From Candidatus Binatia bacterium (lineage in GTDB: Bacteria; Desulfobacterota; Binatia; UBA9968; JAJDTQ01), in contig OY762897.2 of assembly GCA_963666515.2 (NCBI GenBank), positions 2,624,001 through 2,688,000 on the forward strand: a stretch of DNA of 64,000 nt, written 5' to 3'. A model generated the notes under the pieces. It searched no databases. It was not told the origin of the DNA and saw only the letters and a list, made by a program, of their open reading frames with translations. This document shows, piece by piece, positions 23,477 to 32,801 of this stretch. Position numbers and translations under genes: made by a program. The first letter of the stretch is position 1; every line of letters starts with the position of its first letter.

Positions 23477-23863
23477 CTAGGGTTTCCACCGGAACCCCTT
23501 GCCGATTAAGCACTGAGCTCGATAGCGTATCCTCGCTGCATCCCGAGACGCACTACCGACGATTCCAGCAGTAACTTCAATCGCCTTCCTTTCACACTCA
23601 GAGTAAGCCACAAGGGCCTCACTCTCTGTCATCCTATGGTAACGAGGGGTCTGCCTCTCTTCCAAGAAGGCCAGAAGCACCAGCAGGGCAACAGCAACGC
23701 CAAGGATGGCGATTAAGGGGAACCACTCATACAGCCCCTTGAGCACACCCCCATCAAGTAGGGACGCTAGCCGCCGATACCAGAGCGGAGCAGACGCCAG
23801 TAGCAGCAGTCCAGCAGCAAGTGAACCTATCGCCGAATTCAAGATAGCAGAAAGATCAATCAT
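23477..23863 (-). CDS. Hypothetical membrane protein (two TM, Cys-containing tail)
   Basis: Two hydrophobic helices, C-terminal AQCLIGKGFRW; lower GC than the backbone. Confidence 0.55.
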   Translation of the reverse strand: MIDLSAILNSAIGSLAAGLLLLASAPLWYRRLASLLDGGVLKGLYEWFPLIAILGVAVALLVLLAFLEERQTPRYHRMTESEALVAYSECERKAIEVTAGIVGSASRDAARIRYRAQCLIGKGFRWKP

Positions 23864-24068
23864 GACCTGATGGCCTCGCATCTATGGGCCGGAAGAACAC
23901 ACTTCGCACCACCTCACTGGCGTACTTCCTTCTTCACCTCGCGTCCTCGGCTCCCACGTCCATCCCACGGCACCGAATGTATCCTGACAGCAGCTTGGGA
24001 AGGAGCCTATCCCGAGCCTCTACAAGATGCGTGGATTCCTTCACGTTTGCGACGATTCTATCGTAATA

Positions 24069-25330
24069 CACTGCTGTCCCACAAAAATACGAACGGGGGA
24101 GGACCTGAAGAGCTCGCCTGTGTTATGATGGAATGATCCAAACCCCATCAACAGGGAGGTTCAGGTCCATGGCATACAATCATACCGTACTGGGGCAAAT
24201 ACTCAAGCTGGTGCCGAGACATGAATTTGAGAGGGAGGCGCGGGAGCACCACGAGGGGCGGCGGCTGCGGAAGATGACGCGGTGGGGGCAGTTCGTGGCG
24301 ATGGTGCTGGGGCAATTGGCGGGGCGGAGCAGTCTGCGGGACATCGTGGGGAACCTGGAGGTGCAAGCGGACAAGCAGTATCACCTTGGGGTGAAGGGGG
24401 TGAGCCGATCGTCGTTGGCGCGGGTGAACGAAAAGCAGCCGTATACGTTATACGAGGCGGTGTTCGGCAAGTTGCTGGGCCGCTGTCGGAGTCAGGCGCC
24501 GGGACACAAGTTTCGCTTCAAGAACAAGCTGTACTCACTGGATGCGAGCACCATCGACTTGTGTCCGTCGCTGTTTCCGTGGGCAAAGTTCCGTACCACC
24601 AAGGGAGCGGTGAAGGTGCACATGGGATTGGACCACGACGGTTATTTGCCGACCTTCGTCAACATCACCGACGGCAAGACTTCCGACATCCATGGAGCGC
24701 GGGCGCTGACCTTGCCCCAGGGCAGCATCCTGGTGGCGGACCGGGGCTACGTGGACTTCAGTTGGCTCAACCACCTGTATTCACAAGGGATTTTCCTGGT
24801 CACCCGCCTCAAAAGAGGCGCCTGCTACCGCGTCTGTGAAAGCCGGCCCGTCCGCCCCGAACAGGGCGTGATCTGCGATCAAACCATCGAACTCACTTCC
24901 AGCCACTCCAAGTATCCCCGCCCCCTCCGCCGCGTCGGCTACTACGACGCCGCCACCGGCCAGTTCTACGACTTCCTCACCAACCACTTCTCCCTGGCCC
25001 CCAAAACCATCGCCGACATCTACAAAGACCGCTGGCAAGTCGAACTCTTCTTCAAGTGGATCAAGCAGCACCTCAAAGTCAAAAGCTTCCTCGGAACCTC
25101 CCGCAACGCCGTCCTCACTCAGCTCTGGATCGCCCTCTGTGTCTATCTCCTCATCGCTTACATCAAGTTCCTCAATCGTATCTCCCTCTCCCTCTACCAC
25201 ATCCTCCGCCTCCTCCAACTCAACCTCTTCGACCGCCGCCCGCTCCTTTCCCTCCTCTACCCGCCGCCCCCGGCTCCCCCGCCACCCCAACTCCCCCTCC
25301 CGGGTACCTAAAGTTTGTGGGACAGCAGTG
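24069..25330 (+). mobile_element. IS4-family insertion sequence, copy 1 (1262 bp)
   Basis: 17-bp terminal IR cactgctgtcccacaaa; 9-bp target duplication ATCGTAATA at 24060-24068 and 25331-25339. Confidence 0.95.
24133..25311 (+). CDS. IS4-family DDE transposase
   Basis: LDASTID, VADRGY and YKDRWQVELFFKWIKQ (YREK) motifs; the start may be the ATG at 24169. Confidence 0.95.
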   Translation: MIQTPSTGRFRSMAYNHTVLGQILKLVPRHEFEREAREHHEGRRLRKMTRWGQFVAMVLGQLAGRSSLRDIVGNLEVQADKQYHLGVKGVSRSSLARVNEKQPYTLYEAVFGKLLGRCRSQAPGHKFRFKNKLYSLDASTIDLCPSLFPWAKFRTTKGAVKVHMGLDHDGYLPTFVNITDGKTSDIHGARALTLPQGSILVADRGYVDFSWLNHLYSQGIFLVTRLKRGACYRVCESRPVRPEQGVICDQTIELTSSHSKYPRPLRRVGYYDAATGQFYDFLTNHFSLAPKTIADIYKDRWQVELFFKWIKQHLKVKSFLGTSRNAVLTQLWIALCVYLLIAYIKFLNRISLSLYHILRLLQLNLFDRRPLLSLLYPPPPAPPPPQLPLPGT

Positions 25331-26882
25331 ATCGTAATAGGGTCGCACAAGACCTTCGTAGGCTGCGAGCACTTCCTGTGGTGGCACCGTGATAGGGACT
25401 AGACGGAACACCTTCTTGCTGATTTCGGCGAACGTCGAGCCTCCGGAAATGCTCTTGACGTATTCGAGGTTCTCGAAACTCCAGAAAAGGACATAGACGT
25501 TTGGCAGCCGTTTTCCGCAGACCATGGCTATGAAGCCTTGATTTATCGCCGTCGGCACCTCGGTTACAGCCAAGTAGCCGATCGGTGCCCTCGAGGATAA
25601 AAGCACCGTACCGACAGGCAATAGGCCAGAGGCAATCGTTCTGACACCAGCGTACGTGATCTTGCGATCCGTGGTTGTCAATACCGGAAAGAACAACTTG
25701 GAGAGATCTTTCGGCGTGGCCCAGCAATGTACACCTCCATCCCAATAATTCGGTTCCTTCGTGCTAGGTGTCGAGCCTCCTACAACATCCACCTCATCAC
25801 CAATCTTCGAAACTCTCCACCCGTCAGGCACCTCAGCCGCTTCAGACCATCGCATCCGGTCAGGGAAAAGCTCTGCAATCCGTCGAGGCAGACCCGTTTC
25901 ACGGCCTTCCATTTTTGCCCGGACAGGCTCGAAAGCGACGAACCACGACTTGAACAGCGCCCGTGCCATCGCCTCCAGCGTCTCGTTCATGCGCCGGTTC
26001 AACTCGATCTTGTCATCCAGGGTGCCGAGGATGTGGGCGACGGCTCTTTGTTCCTTCTTCGGTGGAACCACGAAGGGGCAGGATGACAGAATGGAAGTGT
26101 TGAGGTTCTGCATCGTTGCGCCGTGAGCATGGCGAACGATCCATTCACGGACCCTTGGATGTCCCAGAAAGTACGAAGCATATTTCGGATCAACGCCGTT
26201 TGGACCAAAGCGGACACGAAGGCAGCCCGTCCCACACAGCCAACCGTCTTCATTTGCGCGGATCAATGCACGTCGCTCAACGTCGCCTCTTCGGCTGTAG
26301 ACGATATCGCCCTGTTGCACCGAGTAGCGCTTCAGCCGGTTGGCGTCCTCTGGAGTGATGCGGGCGATCCCTTCTGTGTTGATCCAATTGTCGCCTATGT
26401 TTTGCGGCATGATGGATGGAATTCCGACGGGCACGTAGTCTGAAGCGTGCAGTTGGCTTCCAAAGGGTCCCGTCTGAATCTGGCCACCCCCTTGCTCGAC
26501 GGCTCTCCCGAGCGTGGTCTGTTGCCACCCATCGGGTAGAGAATCGAACAACTTTTCGGGCGCGATGTCCGAGTCATTCTTCGGCGCCACCACCACATAC
26601 CGCCGCTCAATCTCCCTTTGAAACCGCTTCGGCAGCCTTGCCCAGTCCCTGGCGTCCACTAAGAAAGGGATGTTGGACTCCTCAACCGCGTCGTCGAAGG
26701 CTCCCAGTTGATCGGCGGAGATATCCTTGAGGGCTGGGCCACGTAGGACCAAGTCGAGGTCGCTGCCATCGTGGCTTTGCCCATTTATTCGGCTGCCGTA
26801 GGCCCAGACCTCGACATCGGGAAGATGTTGCCGCAACAAGTCTTGGAGGATGTCGCGGTGCTTGGGCAAGAGGTGGAGTTGG

Positions 26883-27002
26883 TCAGTCATCATCAGCTCG
26901 GTAAAGGTCGTACCGGATATCCCCTTCCTCGTTGGCCGCGACAAAGGTCCGGCCGCTTTCCAGGGCTTCGATGCAACGTCGCAGGAATGTTGTGTCGATC
27001 AT
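26883..27002 (-). pseudogene. Internally deleted HEPN (HI0074-type nucleotidyltransferase substrate-binding) gene
   Basis: 39-codon [42 protein letters not shown], overlapping the hsdM stop and the MNT-hsdS start; not listed in the ORF track. Confidence 0.65.
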
Positions 27003-28645
27003 TGGTCTGGCTTGTCCTGCCAACCGAACCCCAGTGCCTTGAGGTTGGCGGCGATGGCGGCATCCAGCTTCGCCCCTTCTGCCTGCTGCTCCTTCAACTG
27101 CGCCACAAGCCGCTTCATCTTGTCCTCGAACGGCTCGCCGTCGTCCTCCTGCGCCTCGGCGCCGACGTATCGGCCGGGGGTCAGGACGTGGCCGTGTTTC
27201 CGCGCCTCGTCCACCACAGCACTCTTGCAGAAGCCGGGGACGTCAGCGTACTCCCCCGCTCCGTCCTCCCCACGCCAAGCGTGGTAGGTGCCGGCGATGC
27301 GGGCGATGTCCTCGTCGGTCAACTCACGATGGGTGCGGTCCACCATGCGGCCGAGCTTGCGCGCGTCGATGAACAGGACTTCGCCACGCCGGTCGCGAAA
27401 CTTCCCGCCGGCGCGATCACGGGCGAGGAACCACAGGCATGCGGGTATCTGTGTCGAGTAGAAGAGTTGGCCGGGGAGCGCGACCATGCAGTCCACCAGG
27501 TCGGCTTCGATCAGGCTCTTTCGGATCTGGCCCTCGCCCGACTGGTTGGACGACATGGAGCCGTTGGCGAGCACGAAGCCGGCGGCGCCGGTCGGTGACA
27601 GGTGATGGACGATGTGCTGCACCCAGGCGAAGTTGGCGTTGCCCTTGGGCGGGACCCCGTACTGCCAGCGCTTGTCGTCGGCGAGGCGGTCGCCGCCCCA
27701 GTCCGAGACGTTGAACGGCGGATTGGCGAGGATGAAGTCGGCCTTGAGGTCGGGATGGCGGTCGTTGTGGAAGCTGTCGCCGTGGGCGATCTGTCCCTCG
27801 ATGCCGCGGATGGCGAGGTTCATCTTGGCCAGCCGCCAAGTCGTGTAGTTCGATTCCTGGCCGTAGATCGAGATGTCGGCCTTGGCGCCTTGCAGCGTAT
27901 CCCCGCCCCCGGATCGGGGTCCTGGGCGGTTCCCGTTGCCGGTGGCGTGGGCCTGGATGAGCTCCACCGACTGCACGAACATGCCCGACGAGCCGCAGCA
28001 GGGATCGTAGACCCGGCCCTGATAGGGCTCCAGCATCTCGACCAGCAGCTTGACGACGCAGCGCGGGGTGTAGAACTCGCCGCCCTTCTTGCCCTCGGCG
28101 CTGGCGAACTGCGACAGGAAGTACTCGTAGACGCGGCCGAGCACGTCCTTGGAGCGGGCGTCTTCGTCGCCGACCTTGATGTTGCTGATCATGTCGATGA
28201 GCTGGCCGAGACGCTGCTTGTCGAGGGCGGGCCGGGCGTAGTCCTTGGGGAGCACGTCCTTGAGGCCGGGGTTGTCGCGTTCGATGCCGGTCATGGCGTC
28301 GTCCACCAGTTGGCCGATGGCGGATTGCCGCGCCTGCGCCTTGAGGTGGGTCCAGCGGGCCTCCGGCGGCACCCAGAAGATGTTGGCTGCGCGGTACTCG
28401 TCCGGGTCTTCCGGGTCGGCGCCTTGCGCCCGCTCGGCTTCCAGGCGGGCATGCATCTCCTCGAAGGCGTCCGAGATGTACTTGAGGAAGATGAGGCCGA
28501 GGACGACGTGCTTGTACTCAGCGGCGTCCATGCTCCCGCGCAGCGTGTCCGCCATGCGCCAAAGCTCGGCCTCGTGGCCGGTGGTGGCGCCGTTGCTGCC
28601 CGGTTTCGGCTTGGAGGCTGGTCCTCTTCTTCGCGCTCTCGCCAT
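26999..28645 (-). CDS. hsdM: Type I R-M methyltransferase subunit
   Basis: [41 protein letters not shown]. Confidence 0.97.
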   Translation of the reverse strand: MARARRRGPASKPKPGSNGATTGHEAELWRMADTLRGSMDAAEYKHVVLGLIFLKYISDAFEEMHARLEAERAQGADPEDPDEYRAANIFWVPPEARWTHLKAQARQSAIGQLVDDAMTGIERDNPGLKDVLPKDYARPALDKQRLGQLIDMISNIKVGDEDARSKDVLGRVYEYFLSQFASAEGKKGGEFYTPRCVVKLLVEMLEPYQGRVYDPCCGSSGMFVQSVELIQAHATGNGNRPGPRSGGGDTLQGAKADISIYGQESNYTTWRLAKMNLAIRGIEGQIAHGDSFHNDRHPDLKADFILANPPFNVSDWGGDRLADDKRWQYGVPPKGNANFAWVQHIVHHLSPTGAAGFVLANGSMSSNQSGEGQIRKSLIEADLVDCMVALPGQLFYSTQIPACLWFLARDRAGGKFRDRRGEVLFIDARKLGRMVDRTHRELTDEDIARIAGTYHAWRGEDGAGEYADVPGFCKSAVVDEARKHGHVLTPGRYVGAEAQEDDGEPFEDKMKRLVAQLKEQQAEGAKLDAAIAANLKALGFGWQDKPDQ

Positions 28646-28685
28646 GGTCCTGTCTCCAAGTTAGCCGACTTGGTTCCGCTTGGCG
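28639..28685. repeat. 47-bp direct repeat, copy 1 (hsdM leader, RBS and ATG)
   Basis: tcgccatggtcctgtctccaagttagccgacttggttccgcttggcg, 46/47 identical to 29486-29532. Confidence 0.9.
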
Positions 28686-28695
28686 CCTTGGGCGG

Positions 28696-29115
28696 TCACC
28701 GCGCTTCCCAAGGATTGACGAGTTCAACGCCGGCGCGTTGAAAATCAGCGATGTTGCGAGTGGCCACGGTGAGGTCGTGGGCCTTCGCCGTTCCCGCGAT
28801 GAGAGCGTCGCCGAGGTCCAGCGTATGTCCTGAGCGCTGGGCCAGGACCCGGAACCGGGCCGCCCACTCCGCCCCCGCCCGGTCCAGGGGCAGGATTCGA
28901 TCCCCGTATTCGGTGGTGAAGCGCAGCAGATCAGCCTCCAGGCCGGACCGCCGTCGTCCCTGTGCCAGCCGCCGCACACCGTATTCCAACTCGTGCACAA
29001 CGATCGAAGACAGCCATAGGTCGTCATGTTCCGCCAGAAAAGTCACCACACGTGCATCCGGAACGCGACGCATGGTCTCCGAGACCACGTTCGTATCCAG
29101 GAGATACCCGCTCAT
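28696..29115 (-). CDS. vapC: PIN-domain (VapC) toxin
   Basis: [31 protein letters not shown]. Confidence 0.93.
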   Translation of the reverse strand: MSGYLLDTNVVSETMRRVPDARVVTFLAEHDDLWLSSIVVHELEYGVRRLAQGRRRSGLEADLLRFTTEYGDRILPLDRAGAEWAARFRVLAQRSGHTLDLGDALIAGTAKAHDLTVATRNIADFQRAGVELVNPWEAR

Positions 29116-29387
29116 TCGTCATCCTCGTCGCTGAACGGAACCTCCCGGGCGGAACGGCGGTCGGGAATTTCGAGATCTACCCCGCGCGGCATGTTCTCGA
29201 TCAGCCATCGGCCAAGGGGCTTGCGAGGATTGGCTTTGTTGTCCCATGCGTCTGCGGGCACGATGACGAACGACCGCCGGGCACCAATACGCTGCGGCCC
29301 TTCCGACTGGGCCAAGCGCAGGATCTCGGAGAGGTGCGCCTTCGCCTCAGCCACAGTCCAAACACGTTGCGGTCCGGTCCTTGCCAC
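29112..29387 (-). CDS. Phd/YefM-family antitoxin
   Basis: WTVAEAKAHLSEILRLAQSEGPQRI; GGAGG RBS before GTG at 29387. Confidence 0.85.
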   Translation of the reverse strand: MARTGPQRVWTVAEAKAHLSEILRLAQSEGPQRIGARRSFVIVPADAWDNKANPRKPLGRWLIENMPRGVDLEIPDRRSAREVPFSDEDDE

Positions 29388-29485
29388 GAACAGGCCTCCT
29401 CCGATCAAGATGGCATAAACTAGTCCAGTATAGACCAGGTATCCGACTGCGGCAACGGAGCGCCAAGCTTCCAGGACCACCTCAT

Positions 29486-29532
29486 TCGCCATGGTCCTGT
29501 CTCCAAGTTAGCCGACTTGGTTCCACTTGGCG
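29486..29532. repeat. 47-bp direct repeat, copy 2
   Basis: tcgccatggtcctgtctccaagttagccgacttggttccacttggcg. Confidence 0.9.
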
Positions 29533-29542
29533 ATGGTTGCCG

Positions 29543-29950
29543 TTACGGAGTTTCCATACCGACGGTCCGCGCTGCCCGGTGGAGCGCGCGGTCCAGCGTC
29601 GCCAGCGGCAATTGCAGCCGCATGGCAAGTTCCAGATACATCGCGTCGTAGACGGATAGCTGGTGCGTTCGGGCCAATTCGAGGGAGGCGCCCCATGCCC
29701 GGGATGTCGTCACGGGGTCGATTTCAATGGGCAATGCCTCGAGGCTTGCGCGTATTTCCCGCCAGTCGTCTACACGGATCCGGTTCCGCCGCGTGGCGGC
29801 CAAGAGCACGTTGCCGACCTCCACGGGCCAAAGGGATGGGACGAATGCGCGGCTTTCCAAAAGCGAGTCTCGCAACTGATTGGTGGCTTCCGTCGCTTCG
29901 TCGGGGAAGACCCAGGCCATGGTGACGGAGCAATCGAGAACGAATGCCAT
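29543..29950 (-). CDS. vapC: PIN-domain (VapC) toxin
   Basis: FVLDCSV, WPVEVGN, LSVYDAMYLELA, LATLDRAL. Confidence 0.92.
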   Translation of the reverse strand: MAFVLDCSVTMAWVFPDEATEATNQLRDSLLESRAFVPSLWPVEVGNVLLAATRRNRIRVDDWREIRASLEALPIEIDPVTTSRAWGASLELARTHQLSVYDAMYLELAMRLQLPLATLDRALHRAARTVGMETP

Positions 29951-30192
29951 CAGTACTTGCGGCCTTCCTCGATCATCTCACGAATGGACAGACCTGCGAG
30001 ACTGTGACTCTCCTGAAACGCCTTCAGTCTGGCAATCGCCTCGCGCACCTTCCCCGCATCGTGGGGCTGAAAGGGAATCAACTCGGCGACGGGCCGGTTA
30101 TGTTTGGTGATGGTGAAGCGTTCTCCCGCCTGAACGCGCCGCAACAGACGGGGCAAGTGGGTTTTTGCTTCAAAGGCGCCGATTTCAGGCAT
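29950..30192 (-). CDS. Phd/YefM-family antitoxin
   Basis: IGAFEAKTHLPRLLRRVQAGERFTITKHNRPVAELIP. Confidence 0.92.
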   Translation of the reverse strand: MPEIGAFEAKTHLPRLLRRVQAGERFTITKHNRPVAELIPFQPHDAGKVREAIARLKAFQESHSLAGLSIREMIEEGRKY

Positions 30193-30215
30193 GTGATGAA
30201 CCTCCCAAGTCAGAT

Positions 30216-30232
30216 ACTAGTCTGAGACTAGT
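30216..30232. promoter_or_regulatory. Probable antitoxin operator
   Basis: Perfect inverted repeat actagtc-tga-gactagt upstream of the phd ATG; a related actagtc...gaccagg lies at about 29419-29439 before the other phd. Confidence 0.55.
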
Positions 30233-30271
30233 CTGTTCCGACGTGAAGGTCAAGCACTCGTGGGCAGCCTC

Positions 30272-30353
30272 CTATGCGCAAGAATCAAGCCTATGCGCAA
30301 TTAAAGTTGCGTGTAGAGCCTATTTCTTGCGCGTAGAACCTATCTGCGCATAG
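30272..30353. repeat. Array of five 10-bp motifs CTAYRCGCAR (two forward, three reverse)
   Basis: ctatgcgcaa at 30272 and 30291; ttgcgtgtag 30307, ttgcgcgtag 30327, ctgcgcatag 30344. Confidence 0.65.
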
Positions 30354-30523
30354 CGGGTCCTCAAGGTCACGAGTTGTGATCTCAAGTCGTCAGGCAATGG
30401 CACGTTGGTGGGCTTGGCTTTCCGCGCTCGGACGGGCCTCCCCCACGCAGCATCGTCGTCCGCCTGCGCGACAACGAGTTCGTCTATTTCTCTCTCGGTT
30501 GGAGGTGTCGTCTTTTTTCTCAT
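30320..30523 (-). pseudogene. Truncated antitoxin-like ORF
   Basis: EREIDELVVAQADDDAAWGRPVRARK...VPLPDDL, then runs into the repeat array; starts 13 bp after the tRNA CCA. Confidence 0.4.
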
Positions 30524-30536
30524 TGTGGCCGGATGG

Positions 30537-30629
30537 TGGCGGAGGGGGCGAGATTCGAACTCGCGGTCCACTTGTTAGGCGGACGCCGATTTTCAAGACC
30601 GGTGCCTTAAACCGCTCGGCCACCCCTCC
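30537..30629 (-). tRNA. tRNA-Ser(TGA)
   Basis: GGAGGGG acceptor stem, TGGCCGAGCGGTTTAAGGC D-arm, anticodon loop CTTGAAA, long variable arm, GTTCGAATC, ends GCCA. Confidence 0.97.
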
Positions 30630-30671
30630 GTATTCTGGAAGACCCGGGGCGCCCCGGTGCCGGAGGCGCTT

Positions 30672-31139
30672 CTAGGGATTTTGCCACTTGGTGAAGGGAT
30701 TTGCCACAAGGTTGGCGTTGTAGAAGCGGGAATCGTGGGTGACTTCCTTGCCGACCCACGGGGGCTTGGCGAGCGGGCGGTCTTCGCGGTCCAGCTCCAC
30801 CTCAGCGACGACGAGGCCCTGGTTGTCGCCCAGGAACTCGTCCACTTCCCAGACGAGGCCGTCGTGCTCCAGCCGGTGGCGGACCTTCTCGATGAGGGGC
30901 GGCTCGCAGAGCCGCAGCAGCTCGGCGGCTTCTTCGGGCGGGATGTCGTACTCGTATTCGGAGCGGGTGGCGCCGTGGGTGATTCCCTTGACGGCGATGG
31001 TGGCCTTGTCGCCCTCGATGCGGACGCGGACGGTGCGCTCGGGGTGCGTGCTCAGGTAGCCCTGGCGCAGGACGGTTCCCTCGGCCTTGCGCCAGTCGTC
31101 TCCGATGACCAGGAACTTACGCTCGACCTCAAGTGGCAT
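30672..31139 (-). CDS. CYTH-domain protein (triphosphatase/adenylate-cyclase-like)
   Basis: EVERKFLV, QGYL, TVRVR, EYEY, WEVDEFLGDNQGLVVAEVEL, GKEVT. Confidence 0.92.
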   Translation of the reverse strand: MPLEVERKFLVIGDDWRKAEGTVLRQGYLSTHPERTVRVRIEGDKATIAVKGITHGATRSEYEYDIPPEEAAELLRLCEPPLIEKVRHRLEHDGLVWEVDEFLGDNQGLVVAEVELDREDRPLAKPPWVGKEVTHDSRFYNANLVANPFTKWQNP

Positions 31140-31472
31140 GGGGTCCTCGGCTACGGCAACGGCTCGTCAACGGTGCGGGCACGGGCGGGTTTGAAACCCG
31201 ATCGTACAACATACGTCCTACAAATCATGGACCGCCACTAATTGAAATAGGCAATGGATCTTCAGGATCTCGTGTGCGCAGGATATCTTTACTCACGCCA
31301 AGTCAAGGCACTACGCGCCTCCTCCGGTCCGTTTCGGTCCTTCGGGTGACTCGGTGTTCGCGTCGGCCGGGGAGCATCCAGAGCCGGAAGGAAACTGAAC
31401 CGCTCCGGGTTCATCGGAGAGCAAACTTTCCGTGCGGCCACTTTCCTGTGGCGTACCGCTTCCTTTTGGGAT

Positions 31473-32734
31473 CACTGCTGTCCCACAAACTTTAGGTACC
31501 CGGGAGGGGGAGTTGGGGTGGCGGGGGAGCCGGGGGCGGCGGGTAGAGGAGGGAAAGGAGCGGGCGGCGGTCGAAGAGGTTGAGTTGGAGGAGGCGGAGG
31601 ATGTGGTAGAGGGAGAGGGAGATACGATTGAGGAACTTGATGTAAGCGATGAGGAGATAGACACAGAGGGCGATCCAGAGCTGAGTGAGGACGGCGTTGC
31701 GGGAGGTTCCGAGGAAGCTTTTGACTTTGAGGTGCTGCTTGATCCACTTGAAGAAGAGTTCGACTTGCCAGCGGTCTTTGTAGATGTCGGCGATGGTTTT
31801 GGGGGCCAGGGAGAAGTGGTTGGTGAGGAAGTCGTAGAACTGGCCGGTGGCGGCGTCGTAGTAGCCGACGCGGCGGAGGGGGCGGGGATACTTGGAGTGG
31901 CTGGAAGTGAGTTCGATGGTTTGATCGCAGATCACGCCCTGTTCGGGGCGGACGGGCCGGCTTTCACAGACGCGGTAGCAGGCGCCTCTTTTGAGGCGGG
32001 TGACCAGGAAAATCCCTTGTGAATACAGGTGGTTGAGCCAACTGAAGTCCACGTAGCCCCGGTCCGCCACCAGGATGCTGCCCTGGGGCAAGGTCAGCGC
32101 CCGCGCTCCATGGATGTCGGAAGTCTTGCCGTCGGTGATGTTGACGAAGGTCGGCAAATAACCGTCGTGGTCCAATCCCATGTGCACCTTCACCGCTCCC
32201 TTGGTGGTACGGAACTTTGCCCACGGAAACAGCGACGGACACAAGTCGATGGTGCTCGCATCCAGTGAGTACAGCTTGTTCTTGAAGCGAAACTTGTGTC
32301 CCGGCGCCTGACTCCGACAGCGGCCCAGCAACTTGCCGAACACCGCCTCGTATAACGTATACGGCTGCTTTTCGTTCACCCGCGCCAACGACGATCGGCT
32401 CACCCCCTTCACCCCAAGGTGATACTGCTTGTCCGCTTGCACCTCCAGGTTCCCCACGATGTCCCGCAGACTGCTCCGCCCCGCCAATTGCCCCAGCACC
32501 ATCGCCACGAACTGCCCCCACCGCGTCATCTTCCGCAGCCGCCGCCCCTCGTGGTGCTCCCGCGCCTCCCTCTCAAATTCATGTCTCGGCACCAGCTTGA
32601 GTATTTGCCCCAGTACGGTATGATTGTATGCCATGGACCTGAACCTCCCTGTTGATGGGGTTTGGATCATTCCATCATAACACAGGCGAGCTCTTCAGGT
32701 CCTCCCCCGTTCGTATTTTTGTGGGACAGCAGTG
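31473..32734 (-). mobile_element. IS4-family insertion sequence, copy 2 (1262 bp)
   Basis: Same IRs and identical transposase as copy 1; 9-bp target duplication TTTTGGGAT at 31464-31472 and 32735-32743. Confidence 0.95.
31492..32670 (-). CDS. IS4-family DDE transposase
   Basis: Protein identical to 24133..25311. Confidence 0.95.
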   Translation of the reverse strand: MIQTPSTGRFRSMAYNHTVLGQILKLVPRHEFEREAREHHEGRRLRKMTRWGQFVAMVLGQLAGRSSLRDIVGNLEVQADKQYHLGVKGVSRSSLARVNEKQPYTLYEAVFGKLLGRCRSQAPGHKFRFKNKLYSLDASTIDLCPSLFPWAKFRTTKGAVKVHMGLDHDGYLPTFVNITDGKTSDIHGARALTLPQGSILVADRGYVDFSWLNHLYSQGIFLVTRLKRGACYRVCESRPVRPEQGVICDQTIELTSSHSKYPRPLRRVGYYDAATGQFYDFLTNHFSLAPKTIADIYKDRWQVELFFKWIKQHLKVKSFLGTSRNAVLTQLWIALCVYLLIAYIKFLNRISLSLYHILRLLQLNLFDRRPLLSLLYPPPPAPPPPQLPLPGT

Positions 32735-32801
32735 TTTTGGGATACACTGTTCCCGACGTCGTAGTGTAGTGGTAGCACAACTGCCGATTAGAGGAGTACC
32801 A

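Larger units (their letters stand above)
23934..26893 (-). pseudogene. hsdS: MNT nucleotidyltransferase-HsdS fusion (type I specificity subunit) interrupted by IS4
   Basis: N-terminal VWAYGSRING...SDLDL; two TRDs (TGPFGSQL, GGSTPST); central LGTLDDKIELNRRMNETLEAMARALFKSWF. The tail YYDRIVANVKESTHLVEARDRLLPKLLSG...AR* continues at 24068-23934 beyond the IS. Confidence 0.9.

Noticed and set aside
24781-25350. Glu/Asp-rich acidic ORF (also 31432..32022)
   Set aside because: Antisense shadow of the C/T-rich half of the transposase gene
29388-29492. N-terminal hydrophobic extension on the Phd antitoxin
   Set aside because: It comes from the duplicated hsdM ATG; a strong GGAGG RBS supports the GTG start at 29387
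28639-29532. 47-bp repeats as integron attC sites
   Set aside because: A GTTAGCC core is present, but the paired R''/R' ends and long attC hairpin are not evident and there is no intI; kept only as an unexplained repeat
24069-32734. Composite transposon formed by the two IS4 copies
   Set aside because: The outer flanks do not share a target duplication; each copy has its own 9-bp duplication
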